A DNA stretch of 49,593 nt from Candidatus Parcubacteria bacterium (GCA_002869165.1 PKTK01000011.1:1-49593); one strand, 5' to 3'. Shown: positions 21,228 through 31,237, counted from the first letter of the stretch. Program-made: numbers and translations. The notes: a model not told the origin generated them from the sequence alone.

Positions 21228-22688
21228 TTAAAAATAAATTAATATTTTTCCTTTTTTACTAGCCAATATGATCCAAGCCAAGAAAGAATAAAAAATAATT
21301 ATAAAAATTATATTAAATTTATACTCAATACTGGAAAATGGCAAAGTACCTACTATCTGACTCACTGTAATTATAAAATCGATCAGAACTTGCGCAACAA
21401 AGAAAAATATTTGACCAAAAAAAGGTACTAGCAAAGCTATTATCAATACACATAGCAAAAACGGCAACAACCAAATAACCAAAATATTTGCTACAACTGA
21501 AAAAACAGAAATTATTTCAAAATAGTACGATACAATTGGCAAACTCACAATCTGAGCCGACAAACTAACATTAAGCAAATCTCTTATTTTGAACTTATTG
21601 GTCACATCAAAATAAATCAACAATTTATTCACTAAAGGGTACAAGTAAATTATCCCAAGAACACAAACAAAAGACAATTGAAACCCGATATCATCTCGAA
21701 GTAATCTGGGGTTCACTAAAAGTAATACGCAAGCTGAGAAGATTAAAATTCTATCAACTTGTGAAAACCGCCCCAACTTGATAGCAAACACAAACAAACC
21801 CACCATGAGCCCTGCCCTCATGGCGCTTGCTGGCATGCCCACCAAAACAATATATACCCACAAAATAATCTGACTAAAATAGAATATTTTATTGCGAGAC
21901 AAGCCTATCTTAAAAAGTATCCATGCAATTATCCCAGCAATGATACCTATATGAAGTCCTGAAATAGCTACAATATGAGATAAACCAGTCCGTGAAAAAC
22001 TGTTTCTTAACTCTTCATTCATATTTTTGGACTCACCAAGCAACATTGCTCGTGCTAATTGAGAAGTATCAAAATCAAGACCTTTTTCAATTTTTTTTGC
22101 TAGACTATTCTTGTAAATAAAAATTTTAGTCAAAATAATGTTACCATTATCTTTTGACAGCAATTGTATACCATCTGGATAAAAACAAATAGAATAAATC
22201 TGTAACCTTGCTAAATATCTATCATAATTAAAGCCGTCAAACGGCTCAGGTTTTGCAAATTCACAACGAAAAGCAATTTCATCTCCATAGCTCAAGACTG
22301 GAAAAGCGTTTGCATAAACCATGATCTTACCATTATAATCCTTGAGTTCTAATTCAAAATTCTGGTGACTATCCTTGCTTACTACATCACTAACTATCAC
22401 ACCTTTTACTACAACATTCTGCCCATTTATACTCGCAATATGAGATTCGTCAATCAAGGGAAGCGAAAGACTATAACGCCACAATCCAAGAAACAAGAAA
22501 ACTAAAAACAAAAAATATATCTTTCTTTTACAGATAATTAGCAATACAACTGAAATTATCAAGACGGAAAAATAAATAAACTCGCTCACTCCGGCAATAA
22601 AAGGAAAAAAAGAAGCCAGACCAATGCTGACTACAAATGTTAAAGTTGATATGTAAAATATTTTGGTTTTAGAAAGAGAGGTTCTCAT
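21228..22688 (-). CDS. comEC: ComEC/Rec2 DNA-uptake channel, without a C-terminal metallo-beta-lactamase domain
   Basis: TGLSHIVAISGLHIG, SAMRAGLM, NPRLLRDDIGFQLSF motifs; multi-pass membrane protein. Confidence 0.93.
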   Translation of the reverse strand: MRTSLSKTKIFYISTLTFVVSIGLASFFPFIAGVSEFIYFSVLIISVVLLIICKRKIYFLFLVFLFLGLWRYSLSLPLIDESHIASINGQNVVVKGVIVSDVVSKDSHQNFELELKDYNGKIMVYANAFPVLSYGDEIAFRCEFAKPEPFDGFNYDRYLARLQIYSICFYPDGIQLLSKDNGNIILTKIFIYKNSLAKKIEKGLDFDTSQLARAMLLGESKNMNEELRNSFSRTGLSHIVAISGLHIGIIAGIIAWILFKIGLSRNKIFYFSQIILWVYIVLVGMPASAMRAGLMVGLFVFAIKLGRFSQVDRILIFSACVLLLVNPRLLRDDIGFQLSFVCVLGIIYLYPLVNKLLIYFDVTNKFKIRDLLNVSLSAQIVSLPIVSYYFEIISVFSVVANILVIWLLPFLLCVLIIALLVPFFGQIFFFVAQVLIDFIITVSQIVGTLPFSSIEYKFNIIFIIIFYSFLAWIILASKKGKILIYF

Positions 22689-22838
22689 TTGTTATTAAAG
22701 AAAATAAAAATGATGACGTGGCAATCTAAGCTTAATATCCTTTATCAAGCTTAAAATATTGCAACTCGTAATAAGCATTTTATAAAAAATTTTAAAATCA
22801 TTCTACTACTCAAATTTAAAGGAAATAATCTTATAAAA

Positions 22839-23063
22839 TTACATAAGAAGTGTTAACAAAATAAAACTAATAATAACTGGAGCGAATAATATTGTCGAAA
22901 CTGTTTTATTATACATATCACCAGTTTTAATATTTTTATTTACAATAAAAATATGTGCTGTTATTGTGAATGGCCAGGTCGGTATCATATATAAAACCAA
23001 ATATGATAAAACTACAGCTGCTTGTGCTTCGCCTTTTCCGATCAAAGGAATTGCTAAAACCAA
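22839..23063 (-). CDS. Small hypothetical membrane protein, possibly a remnant
   Basis: Hydrophobic ORF with a non-ATG start. Confidence 0.3.
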   Translation of the reverse strand: MVLAIPLIGKGEAQAAVVLSYLVLYMIPTWPFTITAHIFIVNKNIKTGDMYNKTVSTILFAPVIISFILLTLLM

Positions 23064-23477
23064 TGTTAAAATAATTACAAATAGAAGTAAATAATATTCA
23101 ATTTTTATTATAAAATTTAAAAAATTATTTTAAATTATTTTCTCGTGAAGTAAAAATTTTTTTAAATTCATATTTTAAATTTAATCTATTATAGTCTTTT
23201 TTTAATTAAAAATCATCTTGTCATTCCTATAGATTTCAACTTATTCACTGGTAATTATCCTCTTGAGAGGGCTTAACTACCTAAAAAAACAATTTTTATA
23301 TAAATCAACTTTGTAATAGTTGCTTTAGATAAACTTGCTAGAGGTGTGTTATATTTGACCTTAATTATCAAATTTTTTACGGTCTAACACCCCTCCTTCT
23401 CTTCGGGAGTACTCTCCTAGAAGAAGAGAATTTTATTTGTTAATGAATTGACTAATATCTTCTAAAAAATAAAAAAA

Positions 23478-24575
23478 TTAATTCTTCCGACTCCAACGCA
23501 AATACTCTTCCATAAACTCTTCTAAGTCTCCATCCAAAACATTATCGATCTCCTGGGTTTCATGACCTGTCCGATGATCTTTGACCATTTTGTATGGTTG
23601 CATCACATAGGAACGAATCTGCTTGCCCCATTCAGCAGTTTGGGCCTCCCCACGAAGTTTGCGCTCTTCTGCTTCTCGCTTTTCCTCTTCTATTTTAAAC
23701 AGTTTAGATTTAAGAATCTTCATGGCTGTTTCCTTGTTCTGAAGCTGACTACGTTCATTTTGACAGGTCACAATAATTCCGCTTGGCTTATGCTTCAAGC
23801 GTACAGCTGAGTCAGTTGTATTCACTCCTTGCCCACCAGGTCCTGATGACTTGAACACATCTATTTCAATATCTGAATCATTAACCTCTACTTCATGTGC
23901 TTCTGGTAGCTCAGGGATTACTTCCACTAGAGCAAAACTAGTGTGACGCATGGCTTCCGCATCAAAGGGTGAAATGCGCACCAAACGATGCACACCTGAC
24001 TCTGATTTCAGGTAGCCATAAGCATATCTACCCCGAATATGATAAGTCGCACTTTTAATCCCAGCCTCTGAACCAGTTCCTCGATCAATCAAATCAACCT
24101 TGAAATTCTTCTTTTCTGCAAAACGAAGAAACATCCGCTCAAGTATCTGTGCCCAATCCTGCGCATCAACGCCACCAGTGCCAGCGTGAATTGAGATTAT
24201 TGCATTGCCCACATCATACTTGGCCCCAAACAAAACATAAAACTCAAGTTTCTCATATTTCTTTTTAAGTTCATCAAATTGTTTATTGGCATCCTTCTCA
24301 ATCGATAAATCCCCTTCCTTGTTTCCCACTGCCACCAATTCTTCTAAGTCACGGATATCACCTGATATTTTATCCCACTCATCAACTTCCTTTTTCAGCT
24401 CTTCAACATTTTGCGACACCTCAACTGCTCTAGTCTGATTATCCCAAAACCCTGGCTTGTTCATCTCGATTTCCAATTCATGTGCCTCTTCACGCTTGCG
24501 ATCAATATCCAAAAGACGCATAGTCTCCAAAACCTGCTCACGCAAATCTTCTATATTTTTCAGTAAATTTTCCAT
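23478..24575 (-). CDS. prfB: Peptide chain release factor 2, uninterrupted ORF
   Basis: SPF stop-recognition tripeptide (RISPFD), GGQ motif, WGKQIRSYV. Confidence 0.97.
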   Translation of the reverse strand: MENLLKNIEDLREQVLETMRLLDIDRKREEAHELEIEMNKPGFWDNQTRAVEVSQNVEELKKEVDEWDKISGDIRDLEELVAVGNKEGDLSIEKDANKQFDELKKKYEKLEFYVLFGAKYDVGNAIISIHAGTGGVDAQDWAQILERMFLRFAEKKNFKVDLIDRGTGSEAGIKSATYHIRGRYAYGYLKSESGVHRLVRISPFDAEAMRHTSFALVEVIPELPEAHEVEVNDSDIEIDVFKSSGPGGQGVNTTDSAVRLKHKPSGIIVTCQNERSQLQNKETAMKILKSKLFKIEEEKREAEERKLRGEAQTAEWGKQIRSYVMQPYKMVKDHRTGHETQEIDNVLDGDLEEFMEEYLRWSRKN

Positions 24576-24602
24576 ACATTTTATCCTCAGGTGAGGTTAA
24601 TT

Positions 24603-24887
24603 TTATTTCTTAAGTAACAATAAAAGCAGTCCAATTATTTTCTCCTAAAAACTAAACTTTGCTTTATTCAAAAACCAAACAAAAATAAAAGCGCCACTTC
24701 TTTTGTTGCCATCTGCAAAGGGATGATTCTTCACAAGAAAATATAAAAGGTGCGCTGCTTTCTCTTAAATACTAAGATACAGATTTTGGCCACCAAACGA
24801 TTGATAAACATTCCCAAGCACTCCTTCCAGACTATTCTTTCCTCTTTCCTTGGCGAACAAATCAGTAGCTTCTTCTTTCTTTGGCAT
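24603..24887 (-). pseudogene. Truncated Fic/Doc-family gene with internal stop codons
   Basis: Manual translation: MPKKEEATDLFAKERG...YQSFGGQNLYLSI*EKAAHLLYFLVKNHPFADGNKRSGAF...FSF*; Fic motif HPFxDGNKR. Confidence 0.85.
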
Positions 24888-24925
24888 AGAACTATTATAG
24901 CAAAAATATAATTATAACAAAATTT

Positions 24926-25144
24926 CTAAGCAAACCGCTTGCCTTTTGTAATTTTTTTATGAATAAACTCTTCTTTTGAGCCTTGATTGTATTTTGCTAG
25001 CACATCAAATGGTAGACCCCTTTGAATTACTACTTGTTTCAAAAATAGCTTAATTGCCGAGCTCATATCTAAACCAAGACTCTCCAAAACCTTACGAGCC
25101 TCATCTTTATCTTTTTTGTCTATGCGTATTTGAATATGTGACAT
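24926..25144 (-). CDS. RelB/DinJ-family antitoxin (likely start at ATG 25144)
   Basis: MSHIQIRIDKKDKDEARKVLESLGLDMSSAIKLFLKQVVIQRGLPF is the RHH RelB/DinJ signature. Confidence 0.88.
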   Translation of the reverse strand: MSHIQIRIDKKDKDEARKVLESLGLDMSSAIKLFLKQVVIQRGLPFDVLAKYNQGSKEEFIHKKITKGKRFA

Positions 25145-25436
25145 TTTGTTTCTCGCTCCGCTCGACCCCACTATCACCGCCTTGGTCCCACAAGAAGACG
25201 GGACAGGCGGGATCCCGCATTTAATAAAAGTGTTGCGGGACAAATGAAGCACATGCGAATTTATATAATGATTCTCCCCTTTCCAGGGGGAGTACCCGAA
25301 CGGAGTGAGGGGGAGGGGTTTGATTTATACTATAATTTTAGCATATTGTAATGACATTGTCAATACATTATAATTATCCCCCTACTTTTCAAGGGAGGGG
25401 CAGGGGGGGTGGTTTATTGTTATTACTTAAGAAAAA

Positions 25437-26300
25437 TCATAACAAATCCTCTATTTCCTGCAAACTCTTACTTGCCACCTTAGTATAAACTTGAGTAGTT
25501 TCAAGTCTAGCGTGCCCAAGCAGAGATTGAATATATCTAAGATTTACGTTGTTCTCAAGCAAATGAGTAGCAAAAGTATGACGAAGAGTATGAGCTGAAA
25601 CATTTTTATTAATTCCCGCTCTACTAGAAGCTTCAGTAACTACTTTTTGAATAGATCTCACGCTCATCCTCTTACCAGCTGATAATGACTCAAATAAATA
25701 TTTCAAAGGTTTATATTCCAGTAAATATTTATGAACATTCTCTAAAACAATCTCTGAAATTATAGTATTTCTATCCTTCTTCCCCTTCCCTTGTTTAACT
25801 AATATCATTTTCCGATCAAAATCTACATGATCAATCCTTAAGTCTTTCAACTCAGAAACACGAAGCCCAGAACAATATAATATCTGAATCATAAGCTTAT
25901 GTTTAATATTTTCACAAACCTTTATCATTCTAACAATTTCTTGTTTATACAAAACAATTTGAAGTTTTTTGTCACTTTTTGGTCTTTTAATATCGGATGC
26001 ACCATTAAGTATTCTCCTTTTTAAAATTCCTTGATAATAATATTTTAAAGAATTAATAACCAAATTTATTGTCGCACTTGATTTTCCGCTGTCTACTAAA
26101 TATTCTAAATAGTCTTTTATATCAGAAGATGTTATTTCCTTTGGTGACTTATAATTTGCAAATCTTAGCATATCTTTGTTATAATAAAGATAAGATTTTA
26201 TTGTTTTGCTAGAGAATCTAGATATTTTCATGTTCTGCTCCAAATTCCGCATCGGATCACGATCATCAGTTGTAGTTCTAGAAAGATTAGATGTATTCAT
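25437..26300 (-). CDS. Tyrosine recombinase/integrase, integron-integrase-like but without the IntI-specific insertion
   Basis: N-terminal SAM-like domain; catalytic GLRVSE, KGKKDR, HTLRHTFATH, LLGH, TTQVY; KDR to YLFES spacing too short for the I2 insertion; diverges from the cassette array. Confidence 0.92.
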   Translation of the reverse strand: MNTSNLSRTTTDDRDPMRNLEQNMKISRFSSKTIKSYLYYNKDMLRFANYKSPKEITSSDIKDYLEYLVDSGKSSATINLVINSLKYYYQGILKRRILNGASDIKRPKSDKKLQIVLYKQEIVRMIKVCENIKHKLMIQILYCSGLRVSELKDLRIDHVDFDRKMILVKQGKGKKDRNTIISEIVLENVHKYLLEYKPLKYLFESLSAGKRMSVRSIQKVVTEASSRAGINKNVSAHTLRHTFATHLLENNVNLRYIQSLLGHARLETTQVYTKVASKSLQEIEDLL

Positions 26301-26355
26301 AACTCCTTGTGATTACATAATTATATAAATATTTTAACTAATTTTTAACAAAACA

Positions 26356-26384
26356 ACAACAAGTTCACATATAACTTGTTGTAC
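26356..26384 (+). other. Putative attI-like site
   Basis: Perfect 10-bp inverted repeat ACAACAAGTT-7nt-AACTTGTTGT containing the GTT (26378) that starts cassette 1; 55 bp upstream of the integrase start. Confidence 0.6.
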
Positions 26385-26526
26385 GAAATAAATTTTTTAT
26401 CTTATAAAGTATTGATGTTTAAGTATTTTGAACACGACGAAAATTTGATTTTTTTTATTAATTTAAAGAGGGGAAATATTGTGTATTCTCTGTTACGCAT
26501 TCGCGCCACTGCGAAAACGAATTATT

Positions 26527-27813
26527 ATGAAAAATAAAAACGAAAAAAATGAACCATTAGTTGAAACCTCTACATCTTCAGCCTTTTCCGTAAACGCCGA
26601 TAATGAAATCATTGATTATAGTCAATCACCCGAATTACAAGAAATGTTTAACTGCGACCAAGGTAAACTCAAAACAGCAGCAACTTCCGCTTTTGAAAAA
26701 ATATTATCCAGAGCCGAATCAAATAGCGATAAACAGCACTTGAAAAACTTAATTGCGGAAAGTGGAAAGTATATGTCTGAAAAATCCAAGTCCAGAGAAA
26801 ATGAATTTATTCACGGAACAGGTACTGATGCGCTTTTCGGCATAATTGAGCAAGGTAAAATTATTAGACGTGGTGCAGAATTTGGTGGTGCAGATGTTGA
26901 AATGGGTCACAAAATTGACAAAACAGAAAGTGGTGAAAGGGAAACTTATATTTCTGTTTCAGAAAATCAACCAATGGGCATGGGTTTGTCATATATTTAC
27001 GCCCGTGGTTTTGCGCGACCGGAAACAATCGACAAACTTAGCATTGACGCTAACCAAATCAATCAATCAAATTCAGCTTTGGAACAATGGGACGCTTTAC
27101 CAAAAGAAGAACAATTGCGACTACAAAAAGATTATGGTTTTTCAAGAGAACTAATAGAAGGGGTAAGCGAGCGACCGCATTATTTCGAACCTCCAATTGA
27201 AGAAAATAAAATTTTTGTATATCAATCTGTCTTAGACAATTTAAAAAATAAAAACATTCCAAAAGCACCAGATGAAATGACCAAAGTTAAAGAAGTACAT
27301 CACTTATATGGCAAGACAACAAACATTGAAATAATTGAAAAAATAATGACCAATATTGCTTCGGAATTCAAAAAATGGCCAAACACTGATATCAACGATT
27401 TGATAGCTACTTATGAAGACAAACTGAAACGAACGCAATCTAGACTACAGCAATATAACAACCTGACACCAGAAGAGCAAAAAAGAAAAACCCATCAACT
27501 ACCTGTCATCTTAACTATAAAAAAAGAAGGCATACAAAATGTTCGTGAAACAAAAAAAGTCCAAGGAAAAGAGTTGCCAATACACCCATCTGAACAAGAA
27601 AGAAGAATTTATGGAGACATTGATATAACCAATATTTCTGAGATTCAGGTGCCAGAAAATATCATTACTGAAGTTAAGGCAAAAATTGAAGAAAAAATTA
27701 AACAAACCAATGACCCAATGATAGTTGAACATTTGAAAAATATAAAATTGTTGCCTTTGGAATTTTATGAAATTGAAAGGGTTGTGCAAAAACAAGTCAA
27801 CGAATTACAATAA
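26527..27813 (+). CDS. Cassette 1: hypothetical protein, possible ADP-ribosyltransferase-like fold
   Basis: Likely ATG at 26527; FIHGT...L.GIIEQGKI, YISVS and EQERRI motifs. Confidence 0.6.
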   Translation: MKNKNEKNEPLVETSTSSAFSVNADNEIIDYSQSPELQEMFNCDQGKLKTAATSAFEKILSRAESNSDKQHLKNLIAESGKYMSEKSKSRENEFIHGTGTDALFGIIEQGKIIRRGAEFGGADVEMGHKIDKTESGERETYISVSENQPMGMGLSYIYARGFARPETIDKLSIDANQINQSNSALEQWDALPKEEQLRLQKDYGFSRELIEGVSERPHYFEPPIEENKIFVYQSVLDNLKNKNIPKAPDEMTKVKEVHHLYGKTTNIEIIEKIMTNIASEFKKWPNTDINDLIATYEDKLKRTQSRLQQYNNLTPEEQKRKTHQLPVILTIKKEGIQNVRETKKVQGKELPIHPSEQERRIYGDIDITNISEIQVPENIITEVKAKIEEKIKQTNDPMIVEHLKNIKLLPLEFYEIERVVQKQVNELQ

Positions 27814-27941
27814 GGTGTTTTAGACAAAGAGCATTCACCCCTTTAATTCCCCTCTGCCCTTTGCCCAAAACGAAAAAATCAATTTTTCTTTTCTAATTGA
27901 AAAGATTTAGTTCAATTAAAACGAGATAAAAAATTTACATC

Positions 27942-28086
27942 GTACAACAACGAATATGAGGTTCAAGAAATTTACGTTATAATGTTAATAAGGAATGTAA
28001 ATTTCTTTCACCCAAATTTTGACCTCTTTTATCTACTAATACACTAAGGAGTCGGTCAAAACTTCTCATATTCGTAAACGTTAGCT
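27942..28086 (+). repeat. attC-like site 1 (branched)
   Basis: GTACAAC-A-ACGAATATGAG...AGAAATTTAC/GTAAATTTCT...CCCAAA TTTTGACC/GGTCAAAA CTT CTCATATTCGT-AAAC-GTTAGCT. Confidence 0.85.
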
Positions 28087-28158
28087 GAAATAAATAAATT
28101 CTTTTCTGCTATCGCAGAAAAATTATTAAGGCAATTTTTATTCTTTATTTTTTTTACT

Positions 28159-28926
28159 ATGAAAAATGAACTTATCATTAAAAATCTTCGTTTAGTCGTT
28201 GCGGATACTTATGAAGAAATGAGCCAATATACCGCTGACCAAATCCACAATGACATTAAAAAGAAAAGTAACCTGCTTATCTGCACTGCCACCGGCTCCA
28301 CTCCAACAGAAGCCTATGATATGCTTGCCAAAAAATATGACGATGAGCCAGAAGTATTCAGTGGCGTCCGTTTTATTAAACTTGATGAGTGGGGCGGAAT
28401 TCCCATGGATGACCCGGCAACCTGTGAGGTTTATTTACAAGAACATTTGATTTCACCGCTCCAGATTGAAGCATCAAGGTTTGTTTCTTGGAATAGTATT
28501 CCCGAAGACCCAAATCAGGAAGTGAAACGGATATCTAATATGTTTGCCGACGAAGGTGATATTGACCTTTGTATACTTGGCATGGGTGTAAACGGTCATC
28601 TCGGTTTTAACGAACCAGCGGAATTCCTACGTCCCAGTGCACACGTAGCCGAACTCACTGAAACGACAAAAAAACACACAATGGCGCAAAAGGCAGAACA
28701 TGGCATTCAGTATGGATTAACCTTAGGAATGAACGACATTATGAGATCGAAAAAAATCTTGCTATTAGTGAACGGTTCCCACAAAGAAAAGCCTTTCAAG
28801 GAATTTCTTGCTGGTAAAATTACAACTAAATTCCCAACCACCATGCTCTGGATGCATCCGAACGTCACTGTGGTATGTGATAAAGAAGTAGTTCCAAATA
28901 TTGATAAAATTAACAGCCAAAAATAA
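28159..28926 (+). CDS. Cassette 2: glucosamine/galactosamine-6-phosphate isomerase (NagB/YieK-like) family protein
   Basis: ATGSTP, LDEW, LGMGVNGHLGFNEP, GLTLGM..IM, LWMHPNVTVVCD motifs. Confidence 0.9.
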   Translation: MKNELIIKNLRLVVADTYEEMSQYTADQIHNDIKKKSNLLICTATGSTPTEAYDMLAKKYDDEPEVFSGVRFIKLDEWGGIPMDDPATCEVYLQEHLISPLQIEASRFVSWNSIPEDPNQEVKRISNMFADEGDIDLCILGMGVNGHLGFNEPAEFLRPSAHVAELTETTKKHTMAQKAEHGIQYGLTLGMNDIMRSKKILLLVNGSHKEKPFKEFLAGKITTKFPTTMLWMHPNVTVVCDKEVVPNIDKINSQK

Positions 28927-28980
28927 AGAATAAAAATTGCCTTAATAATGCTCGCTATCGCTCGCGAATTTATTTACATC

Positions 28981-29071
28981 AGCTAACAGCGTGTATACGG
29001 TTCGCGCTTGCCTCCGGCAAATGCTCACCCAAATTTGCTTTGCAAACTTCGTATACACGCAAACGTTATGT
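28981..29071 (+). repeat. attC-like site 2 (shortest complete site)
   Basis: AGCTAAC-A-GCGTGTATACG-GTTC..TTGCC/GGCAA..CCCAAA TTTGC/GCAAA CTT CGTATACACGC-AAAC-GTTATGT. Confidence 0.87.
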
Positions 29072-29095
29072 GAAATTTTTAACCTTTTTAAATCT

Positions 29096-29875
29096 ATGAT
29101 CTATTGGAAACTATATTTTTGGTTCATATCACTTATTTCAGTGGTATCAATTTTTTCAAGCATTTCTAAGTTAGTGGGGAATCCCAAGCTTGGACTAATA
29201 GTAGCGTTTTTATTTTTCATGTTTTTTAACATACTTATAGTTTTAAATCTATACTCATTTGTTTACAAGAAAAAGATTGGTAATGACATTTTCCGTAAAA
29301 TAAGTTTCTACATTGTTTCTTTTGTTGTAATGACCATATCAATAGGTGCGCTTGGCAAAATTGGAGAAAAATTATTTTACGCTATTATATTTACTATATT
29401 ACCTTTAGTCCCAGCTGTATATGGTCTATATAAACACGCATTTAAAGACGCTGCTCTAAAAACAAAAGAAAAATCTAGTTCAAAGAAATCTACTATTTGG
29501 AAAATATATTTCTATTTTTTATTGGCGTCTTTAATCTTATCTTTACTGTCCCTGGTTAAAAACTTAGAAAAAGAGTTAGTTAGCTGGAACACAATCAATC
29601 TATTTATATCTAGTTTTTCTCTTTATGGTTTGTACTTATATGTCTTCGATAAACAGAAGTTTAGTAAACAACTTTGGAAAGTTTTTCTAGCAATGTTAAT
29701 AATCTGGGACGTCACCTATTATTTTGCCCTGTCTCCTAGTACTAATTCCGAAATGCTTGAAAAAATTCCCAAAGCCCCGTACTATGCGATGTTCATGATT
29801 ACTATACCTTTATATTATGCCCTATATTTATACAGCTTTAAGTCTGAACGAAAAAAGGTTAAAAACATCACATAA
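29096..29875 (+). CDS. Cassette 3: multi-pass membrane protein with an internal duplication
   Basis: Likely ATG at 29096; two similar halves (WK.YF.F...LY.FV..K); stop TAA lies within the CATAAC site, as is common in integron cassettes. Confidence 0.8.
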   Translation: MIYWKLYFWFISLISVVSIFSSISKLVGNPKLGLIVAFLFFMFFNILIVLNLYSFVYKKKIGNDIFRKISFYIVSFVVMTISIGALGKIGEKLFYAIIFTILPLVPAVYGLYKHAFKDAALKTKEKSSSKKSTIWKIYFYFLLASLILSLLSLVKNLEKELVSWNTINLFISSFSLYGLYLYVFDKQKFSKQLWKVFLAMLIIWDVTYYFALSPSTNSEMLEKIPKAPYYAMFMITIPLYYALYLYSFKSERKKVKNIT

Positions 29876-30040
29876 CAAGCTATATCTGGCTATAGAAAAT
29901 TATCTCAATCTAAACTTCCTCAACGCTACCGCTTTTGAGAAATAATAAGGAGTATAACTTTCTTCCGGCCCAAATTTGAGATATAATAATAAATACTTAA
30001 TAAGGTATATCTCAAACTTCAGATATAGCTATAGTTAAAT
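29870..30040 (+). repeat. attC-like site 3
   Basis: AGCTATATCTG/CAGATATAGCT outer stem, CCCAAA, TTTGAGATATA/TATATCTCAAA hairpin, GTT at 30034. Confidence 0.85.
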
Positions 30041-30113
30041 GAAATAATAAAAATCCTCCTTAATTAAAAACAAAAATATTTTTGGCAATTTATTTAAGGA
30101 TATCTAAAAAAAT

Positions 30114-30443
30114 ATGGAAAATTTAAACAAAGAAGTTTTTAAACCAAATACCCCAGAAGATATAAAAAACGACATAAACATGAAACTTCAGCATTGGGAT
30201 GGTTTATACGAAACTGTTTCTGGTTGGGTTAATTTCAAAGAAAATCTTCCCTTAACTATGGAAGATATCGCAAAGATCATGACTGAAAGTGAGATAGCAC
30301 ACAATAATGTTATCAAATATTTCAGTGAAGGTGGTGAAGGGTTTGAAAAGCAACCTGAATTTTCTAAAGACAAAGTGCTACAATTTTCAGAGCTTGTTAT
30401 TTTGGAACTAAGAGACAAAGTAAAAACCTTAGAAAACAAATAA
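30114..30443 (+). CDS. Cassette 4: hypothetical protein (109 aa)
   Basis: ORF fills the cassette; AAGGA upstream; flanks are inverted repeats. Confidence 0.75.
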   Translation: MENLNKEVFKPNTPEDIKNDINMKLQHWDGLYETVSGWVNFKENLPLTMEDIAKIMTESEIAHNNVIKYFSEGGEGFEKQPEFSKDKVLQFSELVILELRDKVKTLENK

Positions 30444-30494
30444 ATTACCAAAAATATTTTTTTAAAAAAAAGGAGTGAGGATTTTTATTACTTC

Positions 30495-30637
30495 ACTTAA
30501 CACCGCGATAAGCGGCTACAGAAAAATTCCTTCAATAGATTAAATAGGAGGAAATTTTTCTTCCGACCCAAATTTTGATTCCTTAATAATTATAATAAGG
30601 AAGAATCAAAACTTCGCTTCATCGGGAAACGTTATGT
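30495..30637 (+). repeat. attC-like site 4
   Basis: CGATAAGCG/CGCTTCATCG stem, CCCAAA, TTTTGATTC/GAATCAAAA, AAAC-GTT at 30631. Confidence 0.85.
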
Positions 30638-30659
30638 GAAATATTATTAAAACTTTTTT

Positions 30660-31013
30660 ATGAAACTATTAATAGCACTCTCAAAAACATTATTAATTCT
30701 AATATTTTTCTTCTCATTTTTAACTTTAATACACTTAATCAGTAGTTTAAAAGTTATTCCTTGTGAAATAAGTGACTGTAAAGGAGACAAATTAAATGAA
30801 TTAATGGGTGGCGATATTTCAGAAAGAAATCACTGTGCAATTTTTAACCCCATTGCAGATGGAATAGATTGCACAATTAATCCACCAATACTTAAAAGAG
30901 ACAATGGTTATTATTTAATAGGGTATGCTATGTTTTTATTTGTCTTGCATTTTTATATAACAAGAAAAATATTGCCACGATTATACGAAAAAATAACGAA
31001 AAAAAAGTTTTAA
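30660..31013 (+). CDS. Cassette 5: two-TM protein with a Cys-containing loop
   Basis: Hydrophobic N- and C-terminal segments, four Cys in the loop. Confidence 0.75.
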   Translation: MKLLIALSKTLLILIFFFSFLTLIHLISSLKVIPCEISDCKGDKLNELMGGDISERNHCAIFNPIADGIDCTINPPILKRDNGYYLIGYAMFLFVLHFYITRKILPRLYEKITKKKF

Positions 31014-31022
31014 TAATACTAC

Positions 31023-31237
31023 ACATAACACCGCGATAAGCGGCTACAGAAAAATATCTAATCAAAGCTCTCTCTTTGCTACCGCTTAAGAGAGATAATA
31101 ATCAGGAGTATAATTTTCTTTCGACCCAAATTGCGCTGACGATAATCATTGTTTAGTGCTATAATGACTGTAAGTAAATAATCAATATCTAATTTATATA
31201 TCCACGCGCAACTTCGCTTCATCGGTGAGAGTTAGAC
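31023..31237 (+). repeat. attC-like site 5
   Basis: Same ACCGCGATAAGCGGCTACAGAAAAAT start as site 4; CCCAAA TTGCGC...GCGCAA CTT CGCTTCATCGG; GTT at 31231. Confidence 0.82.

Noticed and set aside
6221-24887. Stop-codon reassignment explaining the in-frame stops
   Set aside because: TAG, TAA and TGA all end other genes here, and long conserved genes have no internal stops.
25145-25252. N-terminal extension of the RelB-like ORF
   Set aside because: It translates a REP-like palindrome; the family signature begins at ATG 25144.
25437-26300. Housekeeping xerC/xerD, or classical intI gene symbol
   Set aside because: Context argues against Xer and the IntI insertion is missing, so no symbol was assigned.
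28991-29095. N-terminal extension of the 294-aa ORF
   Set aside because: It runs through attC-like site 2; ATG 29096 is the plausible start.
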